From Takakia lepidozioides (Eukaryota; Plantae; Bryophyta), in NCBI GenBank assembly GCA_030704615.1, contig CM060733.1, forward strand, positions 6,634,001 through 6,698,000: DNA of 64,000 bases. The letters are read 5' to 3'. The notes below the pieces were generated by a model, which did no database searches, was not told the origin of the DNA, and was given only the letters and a program-made list of their open reading frames with translations. Made by a program: the position numbers and the translations under genes. This document shows, in pieces, positions 1 through 11,109 of this stretch (positions are counted from its first letter, which is position 1; the number at the start of each line of letters is the position of its first letter).

Positions 1-202
1 CTCAAACTGGGCGCGGGGTCAATGGCCACAAGGCTACGGCAAACAACGTCTTATGAGTACAATCTCTCTCTCTACCTTCAACTCTGCCCCTTCCCAGACT
101 TCCCCTTCTCCCTCCTTAAAGAGCCTTTGGCATGAATTGTACAATAGAAATGTTCTATACCACACCCCGTGACCAAAATGTATGAAGAAAATGAAGGTAC
201 AC

Positions 203-1425
203 CTGAGGGAGTCAACAAGCTCAACTGCAGATATGCCATCCGGTGCATTTTTCCCTTTCGGAAAAGCAAGCACAGGAATATCATGCTCCTGCGCATACTC
301 ACAACCTTTGCAGCCTGTCCCACAATCCAACCCATCCATAAAGATTGTTTTTGTATACCTCCTGCTGGAAGGAGCCCTCTACTTCTCAGACACTTTGATA
401 TCATGATACCATACTTGTTGCATAAGTGCTATGTCTCAAGCAAGGGACAAGATGAGGAAGAGGAACGAGTAGCAGGCTGGAATGTTTTGTGGCCCCATCC
501 CTCTTTCGCTCCTCAACATCTTAACCTCCTACTTGCCAAACAATGCAAGGCGACTAAACTCAAGTACAAACAATACACAATGTATCCAAGGCAGCGGGGG
601 GGCGGAGAATAGCGAAGGCTACCATGCAGCAATTGACTTCCAAAATATATGCTAGAACGTGAACCAGAAATGGATTAACCTGCCCAGATATATGCAGCTT
701 AACATATGTAGAAAAAAAGGCTTTGAAACCCCATCCCTTAATTTAATTTTACAGGTACTATTCAAGTCTTTACATTCTTCTTTCTCGCTTCTTGCTCTAA
801 CGCTTCCAACTTCTCCAGCTGCACAAACACTCTGAACAAGATGGAAGGAGAAAAAATTACCAGGTTTGTCGGAGACAACAAGGACAAGGTCACCATGGAT
901 CGAACTGTTCAATGTGGCTGTGTGAAGAGCTCGAAAATTGGAGCCTCCACCTGACACAAAGACTGCTAATCTCGCTCTCAGAAGACCATCTGCACGTTTC
1001 TCCTTTCCATCCGCAACGCTTTCTCGAATCCCTTCGCCTTCTTCTTCGCCTCTCCAAGCCCTCCCTTTCTGTGCCAACTCGTGCTCTAATGCTGCATCTC
1101 CTACTGCTCTGCGTGTAGGTAGCCATTTGTTTTCTGCTGAGCGGCCTAGTTCTGCGCCACCTCCAGACTCAGGAACGTGCAAGATATTTCTACCTTCATA
1201 AGTTTGAGAAAAACTCCCCCGGTTACAAGATTGAGCTAGCGAAGCCGACCGAGTGGGAATAGCATGACAATTACTGAAGCACCTTGTCTGAACATGCCGA
1301 AAAACGGGGCCGTGTGGTACAACCTGGGACGCAAGCAAGCTGCCGCAATCTACACGCTTCATTGCAGTGAATGTGGTCATCACACAGCGACCATAATCTC
1401 GTCTACATCGGTGAAGAGACGACAC
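203..1425 (-). CDS. PUR3: Phosphoribosylglycinamide formyltransferase (GAR transformylase), organelle-targeted; exons 1425-861 and 314-203; 3' exons lie outside the window
   Basis: Exon 1 encodes a long transit-peptide-like N-terminus, then RLAVFVSGGGSNFRALH...VVSDKPG (PurN glycine loop). GT donor at 860 and AG acceptor at 316-315 join in phase to GCKGCEYAQEHDIPVLAFPK...LVDSLR, followed by a GT donor at 202. Confidence 0.92.
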
Positions 1426-1648
1426 GGACAGTGGAACGTCTTCTCTCTCCTCTCTCTCTATTTTTGAAGGAAGCGTTTAGGGTTTAGACCTGCTATCAGC
1501 CGTCGAGTATTACCTAATACCGGAATCGTCCAGTGTATATTTCTATACTGTTCAGTAAATCCTGGGATGACTGGTAAATGCCGGTAAGTTTAGGGTTTAA
1601 GCTCATCTAAAGCCCTGCATAGTCGCAGTGCTGGAGGAGTTCAGCGCT
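1426..1648. promoter_or_regulatory. Compact bidirectional promoter between PUR3 and BMS1 with two telo-boxes
   Basis: Only 223 bp separate the divergent ATGs (1425 and 1649). TAGGGTTT (telo-box AAACCCTA, reverse) occurs at 1478-1485 and 1591-1598. Confidence 0.7.
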
Positions 1649-4600
1649 ATGGCGGTGTCTGGAGCCGGGCCAGGGGGCCGGCCACAGAAGCAGCATAGAC
1701 TGCCCAAGGCAGGCCCCGCTGCAGACAAGAAGTCCTCCACAGACAAGAAGAAACGCGGGCTTTCGACCGCCAAATCGAATGCCAAGGTCGGTGTTGTTTG
1801 CACCTTGCAGTGTGTCCCTCCTTAAGCTCTTCGAACTATGAGAAGGCTATCCACCTGCTCACGTAGGTTGGAATATGTACGGATTTTGTAGCGGACCCTT
1901 TGTGATTATTCTCCAATGCTGTGGTTGAGCAGGCCTTCACCTTCAATTCAGCTAAAAAAGCCAAACGACTACAAGCTCGGACCGCAGAACGAGATCAGCG
2001 CAGGCTCCATGTACCTGTAGTGGATCGAACTAGCGGAGAACCTCCCCCTTTTGTCATTGTCGTTCAAGGACCGCCTCAGGTACTTCATTGGCTTCCTTTT
2101 CATCGTACCCTAAACCTTAATCTTAGTGTCTGTGCCCTTGTGGAAGTAGCCCAATTAACAGCTGCAGTGTAAGGTAAGATGACGTTCTGCATTGTTCAAT
2201 TCAATATACTGAAATACGTTGAATTTGACAGCTTTGGACAAGCTTAAGTACATTGTCTTTCTGCCTCTAGCACTGGGTCTAACTAATTAGGCAGTCCACA
2301 TTGGCAGACCTACTGATACAAGCATTTGTGAATGCAGGTTGGGAAGACCCTTTTGATACAGTCACTGGTGAAGCATTACACCAAGCTCAATTTATCAGAT
2401 GTGAGAGGTCCCATAACCGTTGTGTCAGGTACTGCACTTTCTTACTTGCATTGAGTTCATACCTAAAGGAATGTCTCCCCCAACAATCAGACCGAAATTG
2501 AGATAGATTGCTATGTATGCAGTCTCAAAAACCTTGAGCAAGCCAAGACTAATACTAAGACACAGGGAAATTGACTCAAGACCCTTGCATGTCTAGAGGA
2601 AGAATCGTGATAATTTGGCAATTACAGATGTATGTGGAGAGAGAGAATATACTATTAGGATGATGGTTGCTGTAGCTTGTGGCCATAAACCCCCACGCCC
2701 AGTTTGAGCAGAACAGGTGTGGAGAGAGAGAATGTACTCATAAGACGTTGTTTGCTGTAGCCTCGTGGCCTGTGGAGAGAGAAAGAGAGAGAGACAGAGA
2801 GAGCAGAGACAGGAGCAATTTTAAATAACTGGTTTGGTGGCTCTGCTGGGCCAGGTAAACAGAGGAGGCTTCAATTTGTGGAGTGTGCAAATGATATCAA
2901 TGCCATGATTGACGCAGCCAAGTTTGCTGATCTGGTGCTACTACTCATAGATGGCAGCTATGGGTTTGAGATGGTGAGTTGATTTGAAGCAGACAGTTAG
3001 CAGTTCATGGTACTATGTTGTATGTGTAAAATTTCAATATCTCTTATTGATTGAAGATTTGATGTATTATCTGAATGTGATGGGGGATGGTGCAGGAAAC
3101 TTTTGAGTTTTTGAATGTGTTGCAAGTACATGGCTTCCCCAAAGTCATGGGGGTGCTTAGTCACCTTGACAAGTTTAAAGACGCCAAGCGCTTACGCAAG
3201 ACGAAGAAGAAGCTGAAAAATCGTTTTTGGACAGAAATTTATGATGGTGCCAAGCTTTTCTATCTATCCGGTCTTGTGTATGGAAAGTAAGTACAGATTT
3301 TAAGCATTAGTGACCTTTTTTTATCTGATCATGACCCATGGTGGTGCAGAGTGGTTGTCCTTGAGATTGTTGTCACAGGAACTTTAAAACTAGAACTTGA
3401 GTTGTACTCCATGGTTTTGGGAAACCACAGGTACCCAAAGCGAGAGGTGCACAACTTGGCAAGGTTTATATCAGTTGCAAAATTCAGACCACTGTCATGG
3501 CGGGTGAGCCATCCCTACATATTGGCTGACCGTTTTGAAGATGTTACTCCTCCTGAGAAAGTGCATGCTGATCCCAAGTGCGACCGCAGTGTGACTCTGT
3601 ATGGCTATTTGCGTGGTAGCAACCTCAAACAAGGAATGAAGGTATTGAGTTGTCTGGATGGTCTTCTTCTTGATAAGCATCCTTTGGATCTATACCAGTC
3701 AGTTTTGTATTTCTGGCCCATGGACCAAGTCTGGATTATAATGAGTAGTCAGTGTCTTTTCCATTGGCTAGCTTAGTCCACAGCTCTGCACTGCAAATTT
3801 GCTCAGCTTACACAGATCGGTAATGTGTGACACTGGAGAGCACAGTAAGCATGACTGGTAGAGAGCTCGGAAATGCAGGTGCACATCGCAGGTGTGGGTG
3901 ACTGTAAGCTGGCAGGAGTTGCTGCACTTCCAGATCCCTGCCCACTGCCTTCAGCTACCAAGAAGCATGGGCTACGAGAGAAAGAGAAGCTTTTGTATGC
4001 ACCCATGTCAGATGTGGGAGAGATGCTTTATGACAAGGACGCTGTCTACATTAATATCAATGATCATCAAGTCCAGTTCTCCAATCCAACAGATGATGGT
4101 GCCACCCACAAAGGTATGCCCCCGTTGGCTTATCTTGTTCAAATGGAAACCAAGGTCTTTGTAATATGTTTGGTAGTTGTCTTACAAATTTTACGGGCTG
4201 TGAGAAGTCAAGGTGAGAGGTAAGAGGCTGGTGTTTTCGGTGCAGTTAATCCTGTCTTGTGCCTCAGGGAGTGAGGGTCCAGATGTTGGAGAAACGATGG
4301 TGAAAACGCTTCAAAACACCAAGTATTCAATCGACGAAAAATTGGAGCAGAGCTTTATCCAGCTGTTTAGAGGGACTGCCCCTGTAGGTGCCAATTCAGA
4401 ACACCAGTCAGAGGGGAGTGATATTAGTGGGGGTGAAGAAAATGATGATGAGCATAGTGAGAGTGATGGCGAAGATGATGGGGGAAGTGAGAGTGGTGAT
4501 GAGGAGGATGAGGACAGTGAGAAAGCAATTCTCAAGAAAGCTCTCAAACCCACCTTGTCTACTTTCGACATGAAAGAAGCAGAAGAAAAGGACATGGAGG

Positions 4601-7600
4601 GCTACGAGAGTGATCCAAGCACTGACAGTTCTGAAGAGGAGGAAGATGCTGCTGACCCTGACTTGAACAAAGAGGGAGGTACATTTGTTAGAGTTGGAGG
4701 CTCTGTTCCCAGGTTTGTTAATGATGAGAAGTCAGGGCCTAAAAGTCAAAGTGATAGAGGTGCTTTATCAGTGAAGGCTGGTCCCACTGAAAAACTGGAG
4801 TTTGAAAGTGGAAGGATGAGGAGAAGAGCAGTCTTTGGGGACGAGGAACAGGCCGGAGCTGTAGAGAGCGATGGAGAGGAGAAGGTGAAGTTTGCACGAC
4901 CTAGTGACGTCTCTGAGGACTCTGACAGCCTGGGACCTGATGAGGTTTGACCCCTGAACATGTCATGTTTTTCTTAGCACTGTAAAAGATTCACCTGAAG
5001 GTTGCAACTTTCTCAGATTTACGGCAACAGCATAATGTGTGTGAGGGACCAGATTGGCGGGGGATCACAATTTCTGCTGGTTGGATGCAGGGAGTCAATG
5101 GTGAGAGCAGCAGTGATGAGGGTAATCATGCTGAGCTAAGGAAGGAAAGTGTTGACGATGAAGCCAGTGGACCAACTAGGCTGGAGATTGAGAAAGCAGC
5201 AGAGGCAGATGAGAATTTGTCAGAAGCTGAGAGTGGAGATCTTGAAGCTGGTACGGTCAGTAGATGTTAGTTGTTTTGCTTCAAGCAATCTCTTCTTGAA
5301 AGGAACATCACATAGGGTGCTTTTAGCACCAATTATGTAGCATCACCATGGATGAACATTTTTATGTTCAGGGTGATTTAATGTGAGGTTGAGATTGTGC
5401 CCAGTTTCTGTTGCAGGATCGAGTCGTTCTCCATGCTTGTTGAGGCAGCAGACTTGCTATTTGTTGCTCTAATTCTTGGGAGTTTTGGTCGGACTGTGTG
5501 GGTAATTCTTGCTACAGTTTTATAATAACCAACTCCTCAATTTTGCCAGATGGAGCACATGATATGGGGAATGCAGTGAGGTGGAAGGAGGGGTTAGTAG
5601 CACGTGCTGCAGCTGCTGCACAAAACAAAGTGAATCTGATGGAACTTGTCTATGGACAGTCTGCCTTGCTGCCAGACAACTCTTCACAGTTGCAGTATGA
5701 CTCTGATGACAGTGATGCTGAAGAGCTGTTCCAACTTCGACGCAACTCTCACAAGGTGGTTTCTGCCAAGGCTGTTTTCCTTGCCTCTACTTTGGCTTGA
5801 ATGTTTAGCATAAGAGTAAGAACATTGTGCATCTTTAACTGTTTATACCCATAGCAACATTTTATTTTTGTATCTCATTGGGAAACATATTCGCCTAGGT
5901 GATGGACAGACCTCAAGCAGCAGAGGCGTCGAACCTGAGGATGTGGACATAGAGGATTGCTCCAAGCTGCATACGGATGTTAGCTCCTTTCATGATTGGT
6001 CTAATCAAGATGAGATCGATGGAGTTCGTGATCGGTTTGTCACAGGAGATTGGAGTAAAGCTGCCCAACGCCAGAGGGGTGAGGCAGAAGATGAAGAGGA
6101 TGATGCTGTGTTTGGTGATTTTGAAGACTTGGAGACTGGAGAGTGGCATGGTCTCCATGATGTGCATGAAGATGACGAGGTGGCAGCAAACAAGACTGCA
6201 GTGGCCAAATCTGAGGATGAAGAGAGGCGACTCAAGAAGCTTGCTCTTCGAGCCAAGTTCGATTCTCAATATCCTACCAACCAAATCCTGCCTTCTACTG
6301 TCTTAGTTATGGCTTTTCGAACAATTGTGTAAAACTATGTCACATCAATATCTACCAGGAATGATTGATTGCTCCTTTCATGCTGAGAACTTAAAAAGTT
6401 GCCTCTTAACTAGTACCAACATATAATGGGTTCAACAATGTGGACGAAGATGAAAGCCTTACGGAGAAGAGGAAGAACAAGCATCCTTTGAGTAAAGGAG
6501 TAGAAGCTGGTGAAAAGGATTACTTTGACAAGGTTTGCTGTCCCCGTTATGCTTTAAGTACTTTTTGTCATTACAAATGCATTCCTTTTGCTTTATGTTG
6601 GTTGCCTTGCCTGCACAGTTTCAGAGCAATCCTCTTCTTTAACTTTAAACTTGTCTGAGACATGCAGTGGGTAGCTCTGGTTGATGTCCTGTGCCATGCT
6701 CTTAATTAACAGTTTTTTACTTTTGCTGAGCACTTACTTGGGCCTTTTCTAAAACTGTTGGCATGCTGTAACCCTGTAGACAAGGAACCATTGTGGTAGT
6801 GAACCTACAGGAGTTCTGCTACAATGGCTTTGATGGCAGTCTTCAGAATTCTGTTGACTCTCGTTTGTCTTTGGTCCCTCTATCATCAGTGCACTTTTGT
6901 AGTTTCAATTGGCATCCACCTATATCTCTCGTTTGTGATCAGGTGAAAGATGAGATTGAACTTAGAAAACAGAGGAACCTTGCGGAACTGGCAGAGATGG
7001 ATGAGACAACACGGGTTGAAATGGAAGGGTTCCGAGGTGGCTCATATTTGCGACTTGAGCTGCATGGCATGCCCTGTGAGATGGTGCAATTCTTTGATCC
7101 AGCACACCCTCTTCTTGTTGGTGGTGTAGGCCAAGGCGAGGAGGGTGTGGGCTACATGCAGGTGAAATCACTTTTTATCGAGTGATTCTTTCGGATGTAG
7201 ACATTTCTATGGCAATGTGATTGTTTCAATGAGTGTCATTTGTGGGAAATAAGCCTCTCATAGCTCTTGCCTTTCAGCTACAGCCTTTTCATAAGTTGAG
7301 GCCTTCCAGGTTGTCTACTCAGGTGTCCCATATGCAACATACACCAGAACATGTACTTTAGATGAACTCTTTTTTTTGGAAGTAAAGTACAGCACAGAGG
7401 TAAGCTGTGCAAGGATAAACAGTGAGAGTGTGGCAAGAAAAGGTCCAGGACATGAATAATAATTGATATATGGCACACAGAAAGGTGGCTCTGGGCTTCT
7501 TGAGCAGAGATCCTATAACTCTCTACTTTGAGGGGGTGAACAAAGCTGTGTTGGATCCAAATGCTTACAGATGTCTAAGTTACTTAAACTCAGCACCTAA

Positions 7601-9345
7601 GAAGAAAGAGGCATGCAGGTGCGCATCAAGAGACACAGATGGCATCGTAAGGTGCTCAAAAACAGGGATCCTTTGGTGGTTTCGGTGGGCTGGCGCCGCT
7701 ATCAAACATTGCCAGTGTACTCAATAGAGGACCGTAATGGGCGCCACCGTATGCTGAAGTATACGCCTGAGCACATGCACTGTTTGGCCAGCTTCTGGGG
7801 CCCACTGTCACCTCCTAAAGCTGGCCTTGTAGCATTTCAACATTTGTCCAACTCCCAGGTTTGCTGCTGCTCCTCCTGCAATGTTTTTCTTTGTTTATCC
7901 TGTGACCCATAATCAAGAGCTGTTCAGAGGGAATGCTCACATGGAGAGATGATGCAGGCATCATTCCGGGTCAGTGCAACTGGGGTGGTGCTTGATGTGG
8001 ACCAGTCAGTTGAGATAGTGAAGAAGCTGAAGCTGGTTGGATACCCATATAAGATATTTAAGAAAACTGCTTTCGTCAAGGACATGTTCACATCTGCCCT
8101 GGAGGTGGCACGCTTTGAGGGTGCTGCAGTGCGTACCGTCAGTGGCATTCGTGGCCAAGTCAAGAAGGTGCGGCTGGGTTGCCTCTACTTTGGAAAGCTT
8201 CTGGTGTTAAAATGAGTCAGGGTTTGGGAACTGTTTCTTCGTCATGGGTCAACAACACTTTATTTTAAAGCTTGGACTGTGCTCCAAACCAAGACAGAGA
8301 GGCGGGTTTATGTATGTTGTGACCCATCCTGGAATTGCAAATTTTGTTGGGCATGCACAGCTATCAATTGTAAAAGATTGTCGACTTGGTCATGGATGGT
8401 GTACTCTTTTGATGGCCATGTGCTGATATTTGTGATGTGGTGCAGGCAGTGAAGACCGGGCATGGAAAGGAAGGAAGTGCCAGGTGCACATTTGAGGACA
8501 AGATACTTATGAGTGACATTGTGTTTCTGCGCGCTTGGACACGTGTTGACATCCCACGCTTTTTCAATCCTGTTACATCACTGTTGCAAGCACATGATTC
8601 CGTGTGGCATGGCATGAAGACTGTGGCCGAATTGCGTAGGCAGCAAAACCTGCCTGTTCCTGTCAAGCCAAATTCACTTTACAAGGTACATGTGCTCCCC
8701 ATTTGGTGCCAACCTTTCTATTACTATACTAGTTTGGCAAACATACTTCAATATTAGTTGGTAGCAGGGCAGTTGCCGATTGGAAAGTGACAGATGGATG
8801 GATGTGCCGAGGGTGTGACAGCCTGTTGAGAGACAACCGCGACATTTCAACACACTCAAGATACCTCGGACACTTCAAGCAGCACTGCCATTTGCAAGCA
8901 AGCCTAAGCTGCAGAAGAAGCGCAAGCAGCCTACACTGGAGCACCGACGGGCGGTTGTTATGGAACCTCACGATCGCCAGATCCACACTTTGGTTCAGCA
9001 ACTCAATACTATTCGCAATGAAAAGGTGTATTGCTTTGGCTATCCTTGTCTTTTATCGTGTGATTTAATTGCAGGGAGTTCAATGTCTTTAACTGGGTGA
9101 TAGTTTCTTTATCTCTTGCCTTTTTCAGCGAGAGATGTTGACAAGTGTACCTTCCTTGACTACAGCTGAAGAAGCGGAAAGTACAGCAGGAGAAGAGGAG
9201 GAAAGCATATGAGGTCAAACAGGCACAGTCAGAGGAGGTCAGTAAGAAGCGGCAACGTGAAGAACAACGCCAACGGTATCGCGAGCAGGCCAACCAAGCC
9301 AAAAGTGGCAATGGCCCTAGGAAGCCAAAGAAAGCTCGGACTTAG
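1649..9345 (+). CDS. BMS1: Ribosome biogenesis GTPase BMS1, multi-exon (about 18 exons)
   Basis: Spliced exons give [20 protein letters not shown]-loop GPPQ|[12 protein letters not shown]|[25 protein letters not shown]2CN region, an acidic middle, [46 protein letters not shown] and [19 protein letters not shown] at 1649, TAG at 9343-9345. Introns are GT-AG except one AT-AC. Confidence 0.96.
6269..6420 (+). other. U12-type (minor spliceosome) AT-AC intron in BMS1
   Basis: 5' site ATATCCTA at 6269, branch-like CCTCTTAAC at 6402-6410, terminal AC at 6419-6420. Removal joins KFDSQ|[11 protein letters not shown] in frame with the downstream exon. Confidence 0.85.
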
Positions 9346-11109
9346 CTCTTGCTGCCCTAGATGGCCTTATATGTATAAGATGCTTTCCAGCTTAGAGCTA
9401 GGGTTCTTGTGATACAATGAAACATCTGTCGTATATTTACCTGTTTCGAGGGTAAGGTACGTTTAGATGTTTTGCTGGTGGTAGTTTATGGTGAGTACAA
9501 GGGGCAAGGACTCATTGTGCGTATAAAAGCTCGGGGCTGGATGTATGCTCAAGCTGTCTCCAGTTTGACGAGGAGCTGTGATGCTGTGACACACACAACT
9601 TATTGGATGTGTTCTGTTTTTCACCAGGACTGCTTGATTGCTGTAAAGATCACACAAAAGCATTGCTGTAGGGGTCATTATTGTATATGTGGCCCCCGCC
9701 TATTAGCTGTGATGATTCCTAGGCTCTGCACCCCAACCAACGCACTTCGCAGAAGGTTCATGATTTCACTTGCAGTCCGAATGGCTTTGTACCAAATGCA
9801 GCTCCAAGCCTACAATGGCAGGGTTCACACACCTCCTCAATGGCCTGTCTGGCGAGGCATGGAACCTGAAAGGAGTATAGGAGTGGAGAGGCCTCATGAG
9901 GGAGCTGTCCACCATGGCATTCCCATTTTTGCTATGGTGATAATAACCTGTACCCTGAAAACCTTGCCAGGAACCAAAGAAGCAGATCTACAACGTACTA
10001 ATTTTCCCTTCCTATCATGAACGGATCTATTGTCTCTTTGAAAACTGCTTCAGAGATTGAAAAAGATGACACAGACAGGCTTCTGGCAGAAAAATAGCTC
10101 CTGCTGCAATTCGAACCATAATCTTAGACCTGTCTGGGCCTTCAGAGAATCAGAAACAGAAGAACTATGCCAAACGGATGGGAGTTCGTTCCCCCCAGGG
10201 TTTAGTTCGTCCCCGCCCGCAACGCGTGCAAACTCGACAGCCAGGTTGAAGAATTCTTGATTTTAGTTTTGTAGCCATCCATTTACCACCGAAATGACAT
10301 GCTTGGGGATGTGCAGGATACAGAAGGCTGGAGAGAGATAGAGAGGTTTATAGAAAGCCTACAGCATTGCTCAGTAAAATTAGGTCATTAGGAGCTGCTA
10401 AAGTTTAGATGTGTATGCACTAGCGCTCCCCCGAAGGAAAAGTTGTAGTGCTTGTACGGGGTCAAGCAATGAGCATAAAATGACTCTGGCAGTAGTTCCT
10501 CTCAAATTCTTCAGAGAGGGGGTGGTCTTCATTTAGTATTTGAAAGATTTTGTCAAGGACTGAAGGTGCTGTCTGGACTTGATTGTATATGCAGTTGTTT
10601 ATGTTAATGATGGATTTGCTCTTTGATTCTGAAAGTAGCTGTGGTTGTTGCCTAAGGCTGTGATTATAGCTTCTCCGCTGCCCACAGGTGGTCCTCACAG
10701 GAAAGTCCAAGATCACCAGACCTCAGATTAAAGTGATGAGGTCCTTTGGATGGAGACTTTGTTGAGCCCTCCTTGCGCAATTATAGAGAGCAATCCAAGA
10801 TCACCAACTGTCAAACCAAAGTCCAACCCTCCTCAGGCGAAAGCAGAGCTTGCACAATTTGGCGATGGTTCCCACGTTGATATTGCAAGCCGAGAATACA
10901 ACCGGTACTGTCTTCACGATGATTTCATGGTTTCAATTCAGACATACAGAATCGATACAGTTGATTTTTCACAGTGGTTTGGTAACCCTTTTAAGATGCA
11001 GCAAGACTGTGTCCTTGTTCACCTCTTTTTGAAGTATGGGGAACAAGGAGATACAGTGTGTGAGTTTGACTGTAACGGCGTATGACATAAGAGGTTTGAA
11101 TAATGCAGG

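Noticed and set aside
9472-10260. 182-aa and shorter ORFs downstream of BMS1
   Set aside because: No recognisable domain; likely 3' UTR or intergenic sequence.
10454-11087. TG...CA-bounded segment upstream of the first PPR gene as a solo LTR
   Set aside because: No target-site duplication and no second copy in the window.
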